Origin: Thalia democratica
Lineage: Eukaryota
DNA length: 64,000 bases
NCBI GenBank assembly: GCA_965202585.1
Contig: OZ241833.1
Location: 30,876,001-30,940,000 of the forward strand
Direction: 5' to 3'
How positions within the stretch are numbered: position 1 is the first letter of the stretch; every line of letters begins with the position of its first letter. Below are positions 14,501 through 27,200 of this stretch, one piece after another. Both the position numbers and the translations under genes were made by a program. The notes below the pieces were generated by a model. That model saw only the letters and a program-made list of their open reading frames with translations, was not told the DNA's origin and made no database searches.

Positions 14501-17500
14501 ACAAATCACTCTCCTCCAACGGGTCCAAATACAGCAAGTAGTTGTAGTGGCGCGCGAAAAAGCCCGGGAAAGTTTCGGACTCGAACGAGACGGTGCCTTC
14601 CTCACCGCTGATACCAGGTGTTAACAGGAGGAATCTTGAGAAATAAAAAAAGGTTAGATATAGTAGTATTAACTTTATTAGTTGTTATAGTATGGTTCTT
14701 AGTGCTAAGAAGAATAAAGTTAATGCTTAAATCTTGCGATTCATATAACAATAAAAACAATTATTAACTAGAAGAGTCTAGATAAAGTGTGTTTCGATTT
14801 TATAGTTAGTAAAAATAAAACTAGTTGACTATACTTTTATCAGTAAATTGCTTACTTTCGTGTTCTATCTAGTAATACTACCATTTATCTAAGCTAAAAC
14901 TTTTTGCCAGCTATATTTTTTAACAGTCACAAGTCATACGCTAAAGATATTTTGCTAAAAAAGTACTAAAAACTTTTATTTTTTAGTACAAACAATTTTG
15001 CTTGATACACTTGAAACCAAATGAAAACCTGTGGGGGTTCTGGTCGACTAGGACCATGTCCGAGTTGTTGACGATCCCGAAGGAGTAAGTCGGAAGGTTG
15101 TACGACTGGAATATGTGGGGTCCGGTTCTCTCTACAATGGCGTAGATGGGCGATCCTGTTTGCAATTAAATATGCTGAAACATGTTCTTAATTTAGAACA
15201 TAAATGTTAAAGATCTTAGTAGCACTTAAAGGTCTTCGTAATCAGATACAGTAGTTTTACTTAAATTAAGCATTTTTTGTCTACTTTTTATTCTTAAGCG
15301 ATAAACTTAAAATGTAAATCTTGGATCAAGTGTTTATTAAGTTTTTGTTTTACATAATTTGGTAATTAAACGTATCAATTGTTAAATTACTACATGTCAA
15401 GGTACAATATGTTTTTTGGCGCACCTATACAAAACTTCTTTTCAAAAACTATGTCGTCCAAAGCAATCGAACCGAGGATTCCCCTTTCCATGGAAATAGC
15501 GATCTCAATCTGTAAAAACATTTAATTTCTACTTTGTTTCTTAGTTAATATGTGTTATTTAGGTCATAAATGTTACGTACTTGAACTCTTTTTTTTTCAC
15601 TTAAAAGATTTTCTTATATTGCAAAAAAATATATAATTAATGTAAGATAAAAATAAAGTGTAAAGTAGGAAAATTATAGACCTGCTAAGAAAAATACTTG
15701 AAGTTGTCTGTAGCAAAATATATTCAAAGCTCAACTTTTTTAAGAAAATTTTAAGTTAGACAAAACAAAATATTTCCTACAAAATATCACTCACCATAAA
15801 ATATTTTAAGTTTAAAAAATTAAAATGAAAATACTTCCGAATTTGTATACATACCACTTACCCTGAACTTTTCAGCGATAGGATTAAAAAACGAAGTATT
15901 TTATTAACTAAGCTTTATCCTAGGTCTACATATACCTCATTTTTAGGTTTGAAAAAACAAACAACATATTCTACAATCAACATTATACGACTCACCCTGA
16001 AACTGGAGTTGCTGCTGATGCTGACGGCTCCTGGGAACCACTGATCCCCGTAGTTCTTTCTGAGCGACCACAGTTCCAAGGGTCTTCCCCTTCCCCCGTC
16101 GAAGTCGTCCATCGACCAATAGTAAACCGTCAAGCTTCCGATGTCCACTCCGCTCATGTACCACCTGGCGGTTAAAAATTATTTGTATAAATTTATTTTA
16201 TAAAAGTACAGCGTGTACTTAACTTTAAATGAGATACTTGTTTGTCTTACGTAAATTATGTGCTAAAAAAACAGTGTGTCTAAAACTAGGTAAGCTTTTT
16301 TGTTTTAAATATGTTTTTTTTTTGGTTTTTAAACGCATTTGAGGTCTTCAACTTGTAAGAGCTTTTTTTTCTTAAAATTAGCAAGCTTAACGTTTTTGGA
16401 ACCAAAAATATTTATAAATGTTAGTTACACGCTGTACAGACCAAAGTTAATCAAATGACAAAAAGTATTCTTACCTCCGGGTAAAATGTAATTATGTTTT
16501 TAAATGTTTAAAATATAGGCAAATCTAAACTTTCCATACTTTGCATTAAATCATAGTTATTTTATAATTAAAAAGTTCCTACGTATTTTACAATTTAATT
16601 TTACTCACCAGAAACTCAAACAGTAATCCTCGTTAACCCCGGAGTCGATGTAAACAATTGATGACGTCAGTCTGGATACGTCATCGGGATCTGTGAAGTC
16701 TGGAGAGGCTAGCAGAAATTTTCCTGAAAATTATATATATTTAATAGTCATTCGTTATAAGTTATGGTAAAGTCTTATACTAATTTGTATATTTCAAAGA
16801 ATTCTTACATTTACATCTTCAATGCTTTCAAAATTTTTTAGTAGAGGCTCACAAACATTTTCAACTTGTACGCTTTCTACTATTGTGCACATTTTATATT
16901 TAATAAAAAACGTAGTTGATTTTGTTTACAATTTTTCAAGTTTTTTTACAGAATTTCTAAATATTCAACTGCACGTTGTAATTTTTATATAAATTTTACA
17001 TGTTCTGCGAAATTCAACCTGTAGTCGTTTTGTTGTGATCGTAGGCAGGTCCCTGTGTGGAGTTCATCTTGATGAAATCTGCATTAACCCACCACAAGTC
17101 GAAATCAGAACCCATCCCGCCTTTCCAATCACAATAGTCCGTCTCGAAGTCACAGGTGGCTGTTGTACATAACAATTTTTTTTATTAGACGCTTGGTAAA
17201 TTAAAGCTTCTTTTATCTAAGCCGTAAATAAATTCTTTTTTATGCGGCTGACCTTACTGTCTGAAATTTTCGAGCTTGAAATTAAGTTATGTTCAACTTA
17301 TTTTTATCATGAGTTAAAGACGATGACTTTCTCAACAAAGTTACTTTTTAAAGCAAAACACGCTTGACAAGCAAAATTCATATTTACGAATTTCAAAACC
17401 AGAAATACTTTAAACTTTAAATAACTTTAAACTTACCTTGCTGACAGCCTCCCTGGGACAGGATGACGTCATCGATGGCGATGTTGCCTTTCTGGCCCTT

Positions 17501-18872
17501 CACCCCCTCTATTATGACGTCATAACTGCCGGACTGCATCGCGGGAACGTTTATTTTGGCGGGATACCAGTAGTCCCCCTGGTCCTTTGCGAGCCTCCAC
17601 ACGGGAGTCGAGGGAAGAGGGGATCCGGTTGATCTCACGTACACGTTCAGTTCTCCTGTTACGTAGGAAATAATATTGAAAAGTTTATATGCAGTAAGCC
17701 AAGTATTGATAAAAACACAAAGGTCATATTTATTGGTTCAATTTCTTGTTACGACGTCACAAACCGAGGCTTATGCCGGTGGCGTAGTACCAGAAGGTGG
17801 CGCAATTCTCCCCACTTCCCGCCGGTGAGGAGAAAGTGATCCGCGCTCTGTCGCCCTCTGAAACCACGCTCCCCTCCGTGTACAGGTAGTTTCCTGCGAT
17901 GATATGTAATAAATTTTAATGAATATATTTAAATTAATAGATTTTCAAATAGGTTTTATTACCAATATTTTCAATTTGCTTATAAAATAGTTTCTAATTC
18001 ACGATTAAAACTTTTTTTAAACATTTTTCAACTTCGCTGCTAATAGTTCTACTTTGTTTTTAAAAACAGCCGTTTTTGTTTTTGCATTAATTTTTTCCAT
18101 TCACTACGCAAATTTTATAAACACGCCTGAGGTCAGCATATTAAACGTGTTAAGTTAAATTTCGTCAAAGCAACAACGTTTAAACAAACGATATCTTAAT
18201 TTAAGCAATACAAATACTAACCGCTAGTGTCACCCTTCGTGTGGTCAAAGGTCGGACCGCTGCTGGAGGTACCGGCCGCCCCTGAAGTTCTCAACCAATC
18301 AAAGTCGTCCGAAGGGTCCTGAGTGTTGCAGCCGGTGGTCTGGTCCTCGAAGGTGCATTTCAGTGCTGAATAAATTATCAAGTTTTAAAAGTGGTTTTGA
18401 AAAACAAAAACTAATGACAAATGGGTTTAAATATTTCGTTTCTTAATTAAACGTTTTAGTGCGTTTGTTAAATCAATAGTTTAAAGCTCTAGTTGTACTA
18501 TAATACTAAAGGTTACAAATATGATATAAAGATGATTTAACAACAAATGTTAGTCGTTTACGCAAAAGCGTCTTAAATATATTTAAGTTTTTTTGAATGA
18601 CTTTGAATTAAAGTGCTATATAAACTAAATTAAGTAAGCTTTGAATTTTTTATTAGCTTTTTTATTTAACTTAGTTTTAAAGGCTTTCATACTATTTAAG
18701 AAGAGATAACGTTCCTGACGATAACGATGGTTAAAAGGTTTAAAATACTTATTTTAATAAAACACTAGTAATACAACTTTCAGTTATATTTTACATTTTT
18801 ACACTTACTGTATTGTGAGAATGCATGAGGAGTTATTAATAAAACTATACAAGTGAACTTAAAAGTCCACAT
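1..18872 (-). CDS. Large secreted multi-MAM-domain protein (signal peptide - MAM1 - MAM2 - AbfB/CBM42 - MAM3 with inserted PAN/apple - MAM4 to MAM8...), 3' end runs off the window
   Basis: Phase-consistent GT-AG exon chain (top-bottom): 18872-18809 (MWTFKFTCIVLLITPHAFSQY, signal-peptide-like), 18365-18222, 17893-17765, 17655-17437, 17159-17019, 16723-16609, 16164-15996, 15509-15425, 15155-15029, 14634-14454, 14153-14024, 13569-13423, 13135-13039, 11457-11335, 10979-10804, 10151-10009, 9621-9505, 9197-9012, 8639-8495, 7685-7513, 7186-7048, 6573-6405, 6036-5915, 5520-5316, 4836-4745, 3723-3491, 3119-3032, 2464-2312, 1937-1780, 1247-1061, 788-660, 392-229, and an exon starting at 11. The first 32 exons sum to 4650 nt (1550 codons) with no stop. 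MAM hallmarks recur eight times: CxFE..C.W, DFDW, GP..DHT, CL.FWY.M.G, W...G.QG..W, IAIDD(I/V)....G.C. No LDLa repeats were seen, so no MALRD1 symbol is assigned. Confidence 0.9.
2500..2536. repeat. (TA)n microsatellite
   Basis: Uninterrupted TA run in a MAM-gene intron. A second, interrupted TA tract lies at about 54731-54770. Confidence 0.9.
2633..2760 (-). repeat. Dispersed short repeat resembling a 5'-truncated retroposon 3' end
   Basis: Related copies at about 3246-3335, 9673-9713, 19551-19675, 29858-29885 (weak), 31315-31436 (opposite strand) and 31543-31620. All share the end TTTTGTCGTTCAATAAAC or a close variant. Confidence 0.7.
10900..13135 (-). CDS. PAN/apple-like module inserted within MAM3 of the MAM gene
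   Basis: Exons 13135-13039, 11457-11335 and the first part of 10979-10804 read NACFDRVPDMNAVWG...FDESEEYKCELECALQPNCAAYTYH...YAGACIGRTD...HNSGFRVNC. This is the C...C...C.....C.AYTY...C...SG..C cysteine pattern of PAN/apple domains. Confidence 0.65.
14024..15155 (-). CDS. AbfB / CBM42 (alpha-L-arabinofuranosidase B carbohydrate-binding beta-trefoil) domain exons of the MAM gene
   Basis: Three exons translate to GSPIYAIVERTGPHIFQSYNLPTYSFGIVNNSDMVLVDQNPHR / FLLLTPGISGEEGTVSFESETFPGFFARHYNYLLYLDPLEESDLYKKDASYYLREDKYYP / DYTAYESSNYPGHFIRHMNYRLRIDQDDGTDVFKKDASFFKES. The repeated ES..(F/Y)PG.F.RH.N..L......(F/Y)..DAS(F/Y) motif is the CBM42 subdomain signature, recognised by eye. Confidence 0.82.
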
Positions 18873-21800
18873 TTTAATTGACTTTTCAACTTCTTTGTTT
18901 ATTGATATTTCACTAAACAAGAAAAGTTTTCTTTGTCCTTTAATTTAAATCTGTAAAAACAAAGCAATCTTGAGTATCAAGTTTTTTAATTATATGAACT
19001 TTGTCTATAATTATAACTTTAGTATGTAGTTATAAAAGGTAAACTACTAAAGTTTGTTTATTAGAATAACTTACTAGAAATACTTCCCATGATCTTTAAG
19101 CAATCAATATAATAAAAGCGGTCGTAAAATAATAACTCCTTTAACTGCATTTTAAAAACCTTATTTAGTTAATTATCATAACTTTAGTTCTCCTATAATT
19201 AACAAGCTTTAACTTCTAAACTATTGTTTTAATGAGTAAGTTTTTTTCACTTTTAATTTTAACAAAAAAAAAGATTAACACAGTCTTATATTATTTATTA
19301 TGAGTTTGATTAAAAAATGTCGAAATTAACTTAAATTAGTTTGTGAAGTTTACAATTCAATGCACTATAAGTGCGATATTTACTTTATTTTTATTAAGCA
19401 CTTGTAGCTTTCTTCATTATGCAAAAAGTTAAACTTTTTAGCAAAATAGGTTAAACAGACTGTTAGAATTTGTTACTAAATTTATAAGCTGTAAACACCA
19501 TAAATTTTTATAAAACAATATTCTAAATTCTCATTTTTAACTGTTTTTCATATATTGTTTACTGAAGGACAAAAGATACGCTCAAAAGGTTTGGTCCAAG
19601 GACCTGGTGTACAAAAAACCTTTCAGTTATCGAGTCATACACCAGAACAGTTTAACGTCATACCCAGGACAATACTGCTGTACTAAGTTGGAAACACATA
19701 TACGTGTTTCACTGGAAAAAAAAGAAACTGTTAACAAATAACTCGATACGACATGAAAGACTATATTATAGAGCTTTTTTATTTTGTAAACTTTTTTGTT
19801 TTTTTTTTTGTGTAATATTTGCAGCTTTTTTTTTGCGAAATATAAGCTTTATCATCAATAGTTGTTTTTATCTAAATACAAATTTTAATTTTTTTTTAGC
19901 TGATTTTTTAAAGTATGCTTTTCTTGGCTAAAAAACTTTAATCAAAAGTAGTAAAAAAAGTAAAACTTTAAAGAAAAACTTTTCTGTAGAAAAAAAAAGT
20001 ACGTAAACACAAAAGCATAAGTTGTTTCGAAATGAATTTTATACCGACTTTATTTACGTAGCACGTTTGTTAAACGTATTATTAGATTGAAATCTAAACT
20101 ACACCTATCTTAATACAAACACTTTTCTGATCAAAACTTCTATAATCTTCTACAAAAATTCCAAAAAAACATCAGTTTTAATTCGCACTCAAAACACTAG
20201 TCGCGTTTCAAACAAAAATAATCAAAATTTGAATATCATTGTTGATATATGTGCATGTTTGTTTGCCATTGTCCTTGCATTTTTTAATTAGTAATTAGCC
20301 AGATTATTTTTTAACTTTTTGTTTACGTAACTTAGTTGAATGTTTGATCACCAAATAGTCATGTATCTTTTGTTCAAATAAACATGTGTACAATGGCAAA
20401 ATATCAAAACTGATTACTTTCATGTAGGTAATACTTTGTTTTTTTATTGTTTTATGTCAATCATTGCGTTTGGATTCGGAAATCAGAGAAACAGTACTTT
20501 TGAAATTAAATTAAAATTTGAGTGAAAAATCGGAATATTTTGTATAGAGTAAAAATATTATTCTTTATACCAGAAATCGAATTTAAATAACCTCAAACCG
20601 AATTATAAACAATGTTATCAAGAATATTTGTTTATGTTTTTACATAAATTATTTAATATAAAACAAATAGTATTTAGCTCAATCATTTTTAACATACACT
20701 GTTTTTTTTTCGTAAACTTTTTAAAATACTTTTGTGAGTCTATATCCTTTAAAAACTGAAATTTTATCAGGTAAAGTTTCATCAGAACGTTTTAAAACTG
20801 CCATCAAAATAACTGTATCAAATAAAGTTTTTTCAGCTGATGTAAACGTTCTATTATTAAGTGTTTTCGTAATTTATATTTTTTTTTTGTAGTTATTACG
20901 ACTATATATATATAAACTTTACCTTCACTGAAGAGTATATAGGACGTTATATCTCATAAAGGAAACGGTCGTCTAAACCTATTTGTTTATTATATAATTT
21001 AATAAATGTTTAGCTTTATTTATTAAATTGGTTTAAAATCAAAAGTGTTTTTTTATTTTAAATTGAACTGACTGGTAATTAAAGCACTTAGCTTTATGAA
21101 ACATATGTACCAGTATTTTTAAAATCATACTTTTCAATATATATATGTATATATATATTCATACTGCTGTGAAACTTTTTTTAACTAAATACCCTAACAA
21201 CCTATTCAAAATGTCTTATTTTTGAGTTGAAAATACTTAATACTGTTAAAATGAGTAACTGAAATAAATCAATACAGTTGCAGTTAGTTTTACAGTTTTT
21301 TTTATAAACCATGATAAAAAACTATAACAATTCATTTAAATATAAAAACAAAAAGCTTCTAGTTTCTTACGCACTTCTAAACTTACTTTTGGCTTTAAAT
21401 CGAACAATTACAGTTCTTAGTTAAAGTTTTAAAGGATATACATGTATAAAAACAATTTTACTTGATGTTTTTATTAGAAAAATTTTCACTTAACAGGGTT
21501 GTCAGTTCTAAAATAATTATTGTACAAATATAATTCTAATGTAAATGTTATTTTACATAATATAAATCTTGTGTATTACTAATATATAAAACTTTTGTTT
21601 TTGATCACAGAATTATAAAGAACTTATTTTGTACGTAAGTGTTAAAAAAAACTTCTGTTTTATTGTAATATTTAACTAGCTAGTGTTTATATTTAGGTTG
21701 TTTTTTAAATTTCAAATTATTGATAAAGTTATGATAAAAAATGATTATAAAACCATAATATTTCACCAATTAAACACAAATATGTAGATATTCCTATGGT

Positions 21801-22390
21801 CATTTTCAGAAAATTGCGGTAGGTTATAGTAATTTTTGAATATATCTATGAAATATTTCAAAAAAAATTCATTGTTACTAAAAACCATTTTCCTTGATTA
21901 GTAAATATTTGTTTTAGCAAGCCTGGTATTACGTGTAAATTTGAAAGTATCTTTGTGTAATCGACTGTAGTGGTAAAACTGTTTTTGTTTTACATAACAC
22001 AAAAAGCTTATCAAAAGACTTTAGCTCAGTCTTCTTTATTAAACGGAACTGTTCGGACATTTAAAAAACTATTCAAACAAATTTATTCTAAAAACTATTT
22101 CGAAAACAAACAGTAAATATAATTTTAAAATTAAAAAAAAAATTCTAAATTTAATAATTTTTTTATTTACTTATGACTATTTTTTAAGTTTTTACAAACT
22201 TTTAAATAACTATGGTGTAAGAAAAAAAAAATTCTCGTTTACTTTTGTTTAAAGTCTCTCTAATTATAACTTTTTATAAGCTATTGTTTTGGTTTTTTTC
22301 GTATTTTTTAGTGTTTCATACACCAACTACGTGTACTTTAAAATTAGATAATTAAACAGTTTAAATTTACTTTTAGCTATAAAAAATGGG

Positions 22391-23100
22391 TAGGAGTCAA
22401 ATATGAACGAAGACGCTTTTGCACGGCTTAAATTTTGCACGAATGGTCAATTTTGCACCAAGACGCTTTTGCACGAAGGCGCTTTTGCACGGGTTGCATA
22501 GTTTTTTTATTTTTATTTATTTTTTACTTTAATTTTACATCAGTTTCTTTTTACTATCACTATTACCTCTAACCTAGGGATGGGCAACTTTTTTCAATCA
22601 ACGGGCCGGATCCGGAAACATTTAGTCTTTTGCGGGCCGGAGCATTTCGAACTAGTAATTTACCTGATCCAGTATCCGTATCCAGCCGAATAATGACTCA
22701 GGTTCTAATTTAAATAAAAGTTTTGGAACCGGCCGGAATCTAATTTTATGGAAACAGTTGATCGCTTTTTTGAATCTTTCAACTTCAAAAAATTTCTCAA
22801 GTCTGAGAACTTTAGATGAAGATTGAGGCATGTCAGATGTTTAAATAATGTCTACAAAATAGAATTGACATTGTAATTGTCAAAGGTACGTATGTAAAAT
22901 ATCGTCCTTAATAAAACACTTTGCTTAGGGTATTTTAACAAAAAGATATTCCAGCTATATCAACGCGGGCCGGTCATTTTCACTCTGCAGGCCGGATCCG
23001 GCCCCGCGGGCCGTACTTTGCCCACCTCTACTCTAACCCTTACCCTCGGTAAGTTTTTGTCTTATTTTTTCTTAAAAAAAATTTTTTTTTGTTTTTTGTT
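22391..23100. repeat. TTTTGCACGA / TAACCCTTACCC composite repeat family, copy 1 (interrupted by the hAT MITE)
   Basis: Tandem GACGCTTTTGCACGA units, a T-rich linker, then TACTATCACTATTACCTCTAACC[hAT]CTTACCCTCGGTAAG. Confidence 0.75.
22575..23030. mobile_element. Non-autonomous hAT (Charlie-like) MITE, 456 bp
   Basis: Termini TAGGGATGGGCAAC...TTTGCCCACCTCTA, exact 8-bp TSD CTCTAACC (22567-22574 and 23031-23038), subterminal GCGGGCCGG/CCGCGGGCC motifs. Confidence 0.88.
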
Positions 23101-23895
23101 TGATTAAAAATTTTTATTAGGTTTATTTTTTAAAATTTTTATCTATCACTTTAACATTAAAATTATGTAATTGAGAAGCTATTCACTTTCAAATCTTAAC
23201 AACAAGTATGAATACCTTTAAATAAGTTTTAAATTATCAGATATGTCACATAAACAAAGAAAATATGAAAACATGATGTTTTAGTATTGTTGCAATGAAG
23301 GCACAACTAAAACTATTTGGAACTTATTTTTATTGTTATAACTATAATTAAATGTTTAATCATCTCTTCTAGTTTTTCTCGACTAAATTTAGTTTGACTA
23401 ACAAGTTTTATTTATTACTACACAACATTCATTTTAAAAGCTGTTTAGTTTTCTAAAATATTATTAGTACATGTATATTATATAACAGTTTAATTGATAT
23501 TTATCAGCGTTAGAGATTTTTCTTTATTCCAGATGTAATTCAACTTAAATTTGCTTTTTTTAAATGGATTATAAAATAAATTATTTTATTTCATTTTTAA
23601 TCTATAACTTTAAACTACTTAGTATTACAGTCGTATTTAAAAAGAATTACAATAGCATTAATAAAACATAGTGAACTAAAATCGGACAAAAGTTCACTAA
23701 AGTTAAAATTGACATTATAAAAATTCTCTAAACACTATTAGAAGTCAGTTAGGAGTAATTAAAACCTTATTTGGGCAAAAAATTAATATAAAAACAATTT
23801 TCAACAAGTGCTAAGTTCAGTTTCTATGTCAAATAGTATTATATACATACATTAAAAGTCAAAATTTAGGTAATGTAGTTTAGGTTAATCTAAAT

Positions 23896-24209
23896 CAGCG
23901 GTTCTTAACCTTTTTTCATGTTTTACTCCTTTTTGGAGGTTATTTCCAAGTTTTTCCCCAATATACAAAATAGTGTTTAATTTTGAGGAAAAAAAAACAT
24001 ATTTTTTAAACTTTAACTTAATAAATTTAAAAAAGTCGTAAAACTTAAAGTGTTTTTTTAACCTTTTTTTTAAATACAGTAAAATACTGACTTATGGATT
24101 GAAAACAGAATTAATAAACATTAATTTACATAACTTGTGATAAACAAAATTTATATCCTTTAACAATGGAAAATATCCCCGGAGCAAACTTACCCCATGA
24201 TAATCGCTG
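23896..24209. mobile_element. Degenerate hAT-type MITE, 314 bp
   Basis: Left end CAGCGGTTCTTAACCTTTTT, right end CCCCATGATAATCGCTG, 8-bp flanks ATCTAAAT / ATCTAACT (7/8). Confidence 0.65.
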
Positions 24210-27200
24210 ATCTAACTGTTTCGTCTAAATACTGAAAAATGAATTTTACGACAATTATCGTTATGTACAACGTGACAAAATAACGTTCTTATTATTCACA
24301 TAATAAAGTAAGTCCTAGAACAATCACATTAAATTTAGAACAAGTAAATTATTTCTACTCAATTTGACGTGGTAGTTCTATTCTAAAGTAAATATAAAAA
24401 GTAGCTACTGGAAATGGTGCGTAAAATTTTTAAGAGTTAAGAAAAACTTTTCAGTTTCTACAATGTTTTGATTCATGATTCAAGGTTGTATGCAAATGAC
24501 GTAAGACTTAGTATGACGTGTGGTCAAATAATTTTTGTTAAGTTTTTGTGACATACGTTTAATACATGCTAAACTATAATCTGTTGGTTTTGCATACTTT
24601 TAGCTGTAGAACGGAAACAAGTAAGAAAGTTGATAGCAAGCGTTGTGACCTTGATATTATGTGAATACAGAAACCGAGTTTAATTAGTATGAAAATTAAA
24701 AACAAACAGTTTGACCTTCATAATACGGAAGCTGAGTTGAAAGTAACTATTTTAATTCTATCAAATAAGTAGCTTAACTTGATTTAGAATTTGATAAACT
24801 TACACGTGTTTTTATTGTTGCACAAACCTTATTAATACAGTTTTGTCTTATAGTAGGCTTAGACTTTTTCGCAGAAACAGTTATTAATAACGAGAAGTAT
24901 ATTAACAACGAGAAGGTGTATATAAAAAAAAGCTATGTTTCATAAAAGCTAATTAGTTTTTAAAGGTCATCTTACATTTAAAATCTAAAATACGTTTAGT
25001 TAATTACAACTTATTAATCAAAAGTATTTGAACTTCTAAAACTGTTACAATTTTTTTGATGTTTAGAAACAGTTAGAAAAATTTTCAACAACCTATATAC
25101 TATTTTCAGTAAAAAAAACTATTTTTTTAAAACTGTATAATAAATTAATGCATAAACCTTTTTTTCCAGATTTACCAAAAATATTCTTAAAAAGTATGTT
25201 TTAATGTGTTTGATAAAAACACAACCATGCTAACAATGTTATTTAAAAGAGCGTTTTAGTTCACATTTTAAAATTAAATTACTCAAAGTTTAATATCAAG
25301 GTAGTGTTTTCAAATAGCCTACTTCTCACAATGCATGATATTTTCGACGTCACTAATCAATTTTGTCAAGTGGCACTTCACGATCGACAATCGTGACGTA
25401 ATAATCGAAATAATATATATCCACGTAACGGCGCTTGCGTGCAACTAGAATTAGTTGCATTAGAAGCTTTAGTATAACAATTGTTAAATAAACAAAAGGA
25501 ATAAATAGATGAAAGGTTTTGTATTCAGCTTTTTCAAGTGTTGATTGTATTAGTATATTAAGACCTGATATATTTAGATATCAAATAGTCTTAACAAAAA
25601 CGTTTTTATTAGTATAAAGTCAATTAGTTTTAAATAACATCTTAGTATCTTAACTTAGTTTTTCAGTTATCGAAGTTTTATTTTCATTTTTGCTAGAAGT
25701 TTAAAGTACTAAAAGACACTTTTTAACAGTTAAACTATTCTAAAACATTAGTTTTACCAAACCTTTCAAGTATTATTTAAAAAAAACTATATAGAGTTTA
25801 GTACATATGCAAATATTTTTGACAAAAGTATTATACTTTACGATTTTTAATTTGTCAACATTAGTAAATAATTTTTTTAACATAGTTATAAACATAAACA
25901 AAAACAGAAATTGAATTAGATAAATACATTCAAAGTGGACTTTATTTTACTTAAGTGTATTGTCTGTATTGGAGATTAGTTTTTGTTTAAGGTATACAAA
26001 AAAAGCAATTATTAGTAAAAAATTTAAAATTCCACCACAGTGGCATGAGTAAATATTTCGAGTTACTCATTTAGCTACGAACACGATAATCTATTCACAC
26101 AGATTGTTATACGTTTTATTAGTTTTTTTTTTAATTAGTTTTAAGAAGAGTTTTTGTTACAAACTCACAACTATTAAAGGAAGAACTGAGAATGTAGAAA
26201 TGTTCTCTTACTTACCGGAACAAAAAAACAATGCTCAAAGTCAAAACTTTACAGTTTCTTATAATCATAAAATTTTGTTTCAACTTAGATGTTGATTTAA
26301 ATATAAGATGTTTGAACGTTTGATGTTATCTTTACATCAATGCCCCTTGTATTTCACTGTCGCTCACAAAAACTTAAAGTGAAGAAGTTTACATACAACT
26401 TGCTACCTTTCAGCTTGCGTAAATCAATACACACGTATCAACGGCATCGCTAACAGAAGAAACAAATCCTTTAAAACAACTCGCTTTTGGTTTGTTTTAT
26501 TGTCGCAAAAGCCAGAACGCCGTAACCTCAACGAGTTATGCGGTCGAATATAATCGAATATCTGGCCCGAGCCGTTCCAAAATCGCGCTTACAAATTTAA
26601 AATTTAAAATTTTCAGTTAAAACCTGGTAGCTACCAAACTTCTAGAACTGTTTCAGTAAGATTGTTAACCTTTTAAAAATTGAATTTTAATAGCTTAACT
26701 TTGTTAGTGTGCACAGAAAGCTTGGTAGCTAAACATTATTTTTGTATTAAGAAAAAGCTAAGTTAGCATAAATTAACAGTTAGTTAGACATTATTAATGT
26801 TTTATGACACTAAAAAAATCTAATAATAATTATGTTTTTTTGTTTTCCAGTGTGCACAGAAATTATTTTTCAATAGTTTAATCTACAGAGCTTTTGAAAA
26901 GCTTGAAGACAAGTGGCTTAAATTACCATAAAAATAGCTTGAAATATTAAACACAAAATCTTTAAAAATTATGATAAACTTCAACTATTCTTTTTTTACA
27001 AAAAAAAACTGGGAATTTTGATTAAAAACTGTGCTTAAAAATTTTCAAACAAAACTAAATAGTAACTAAAGCAGTTAAAGTTTCCGGTATGCATGAGAAA
27101 ACAAAACTTTTCAATTACGAAGTTCAAATAAAATTCATTAAAAGTTGACACTGTCTGGGCGTTCATTAGATAAGTCAAGTGTATTTTTACGAAGGTAAAG

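Noticed and set aside
79-17632. Plus-strand and alternative-frame ORFs over the MAM gene (e.g. 79-420, 5346-5636, 10757-11128, 12901-13131)
   Set aside because: They are antisense or out-of-frame shadows of GC-rich exons. The phase-consistent frame is different.
1-18872. Naming the MAM gene MALRD1, MAMDC or zonadhesin
   Set aside because: No LDLa, VWD or mucin segments in the visible part, and the AbfB and PAN modules do not fit those architectures.
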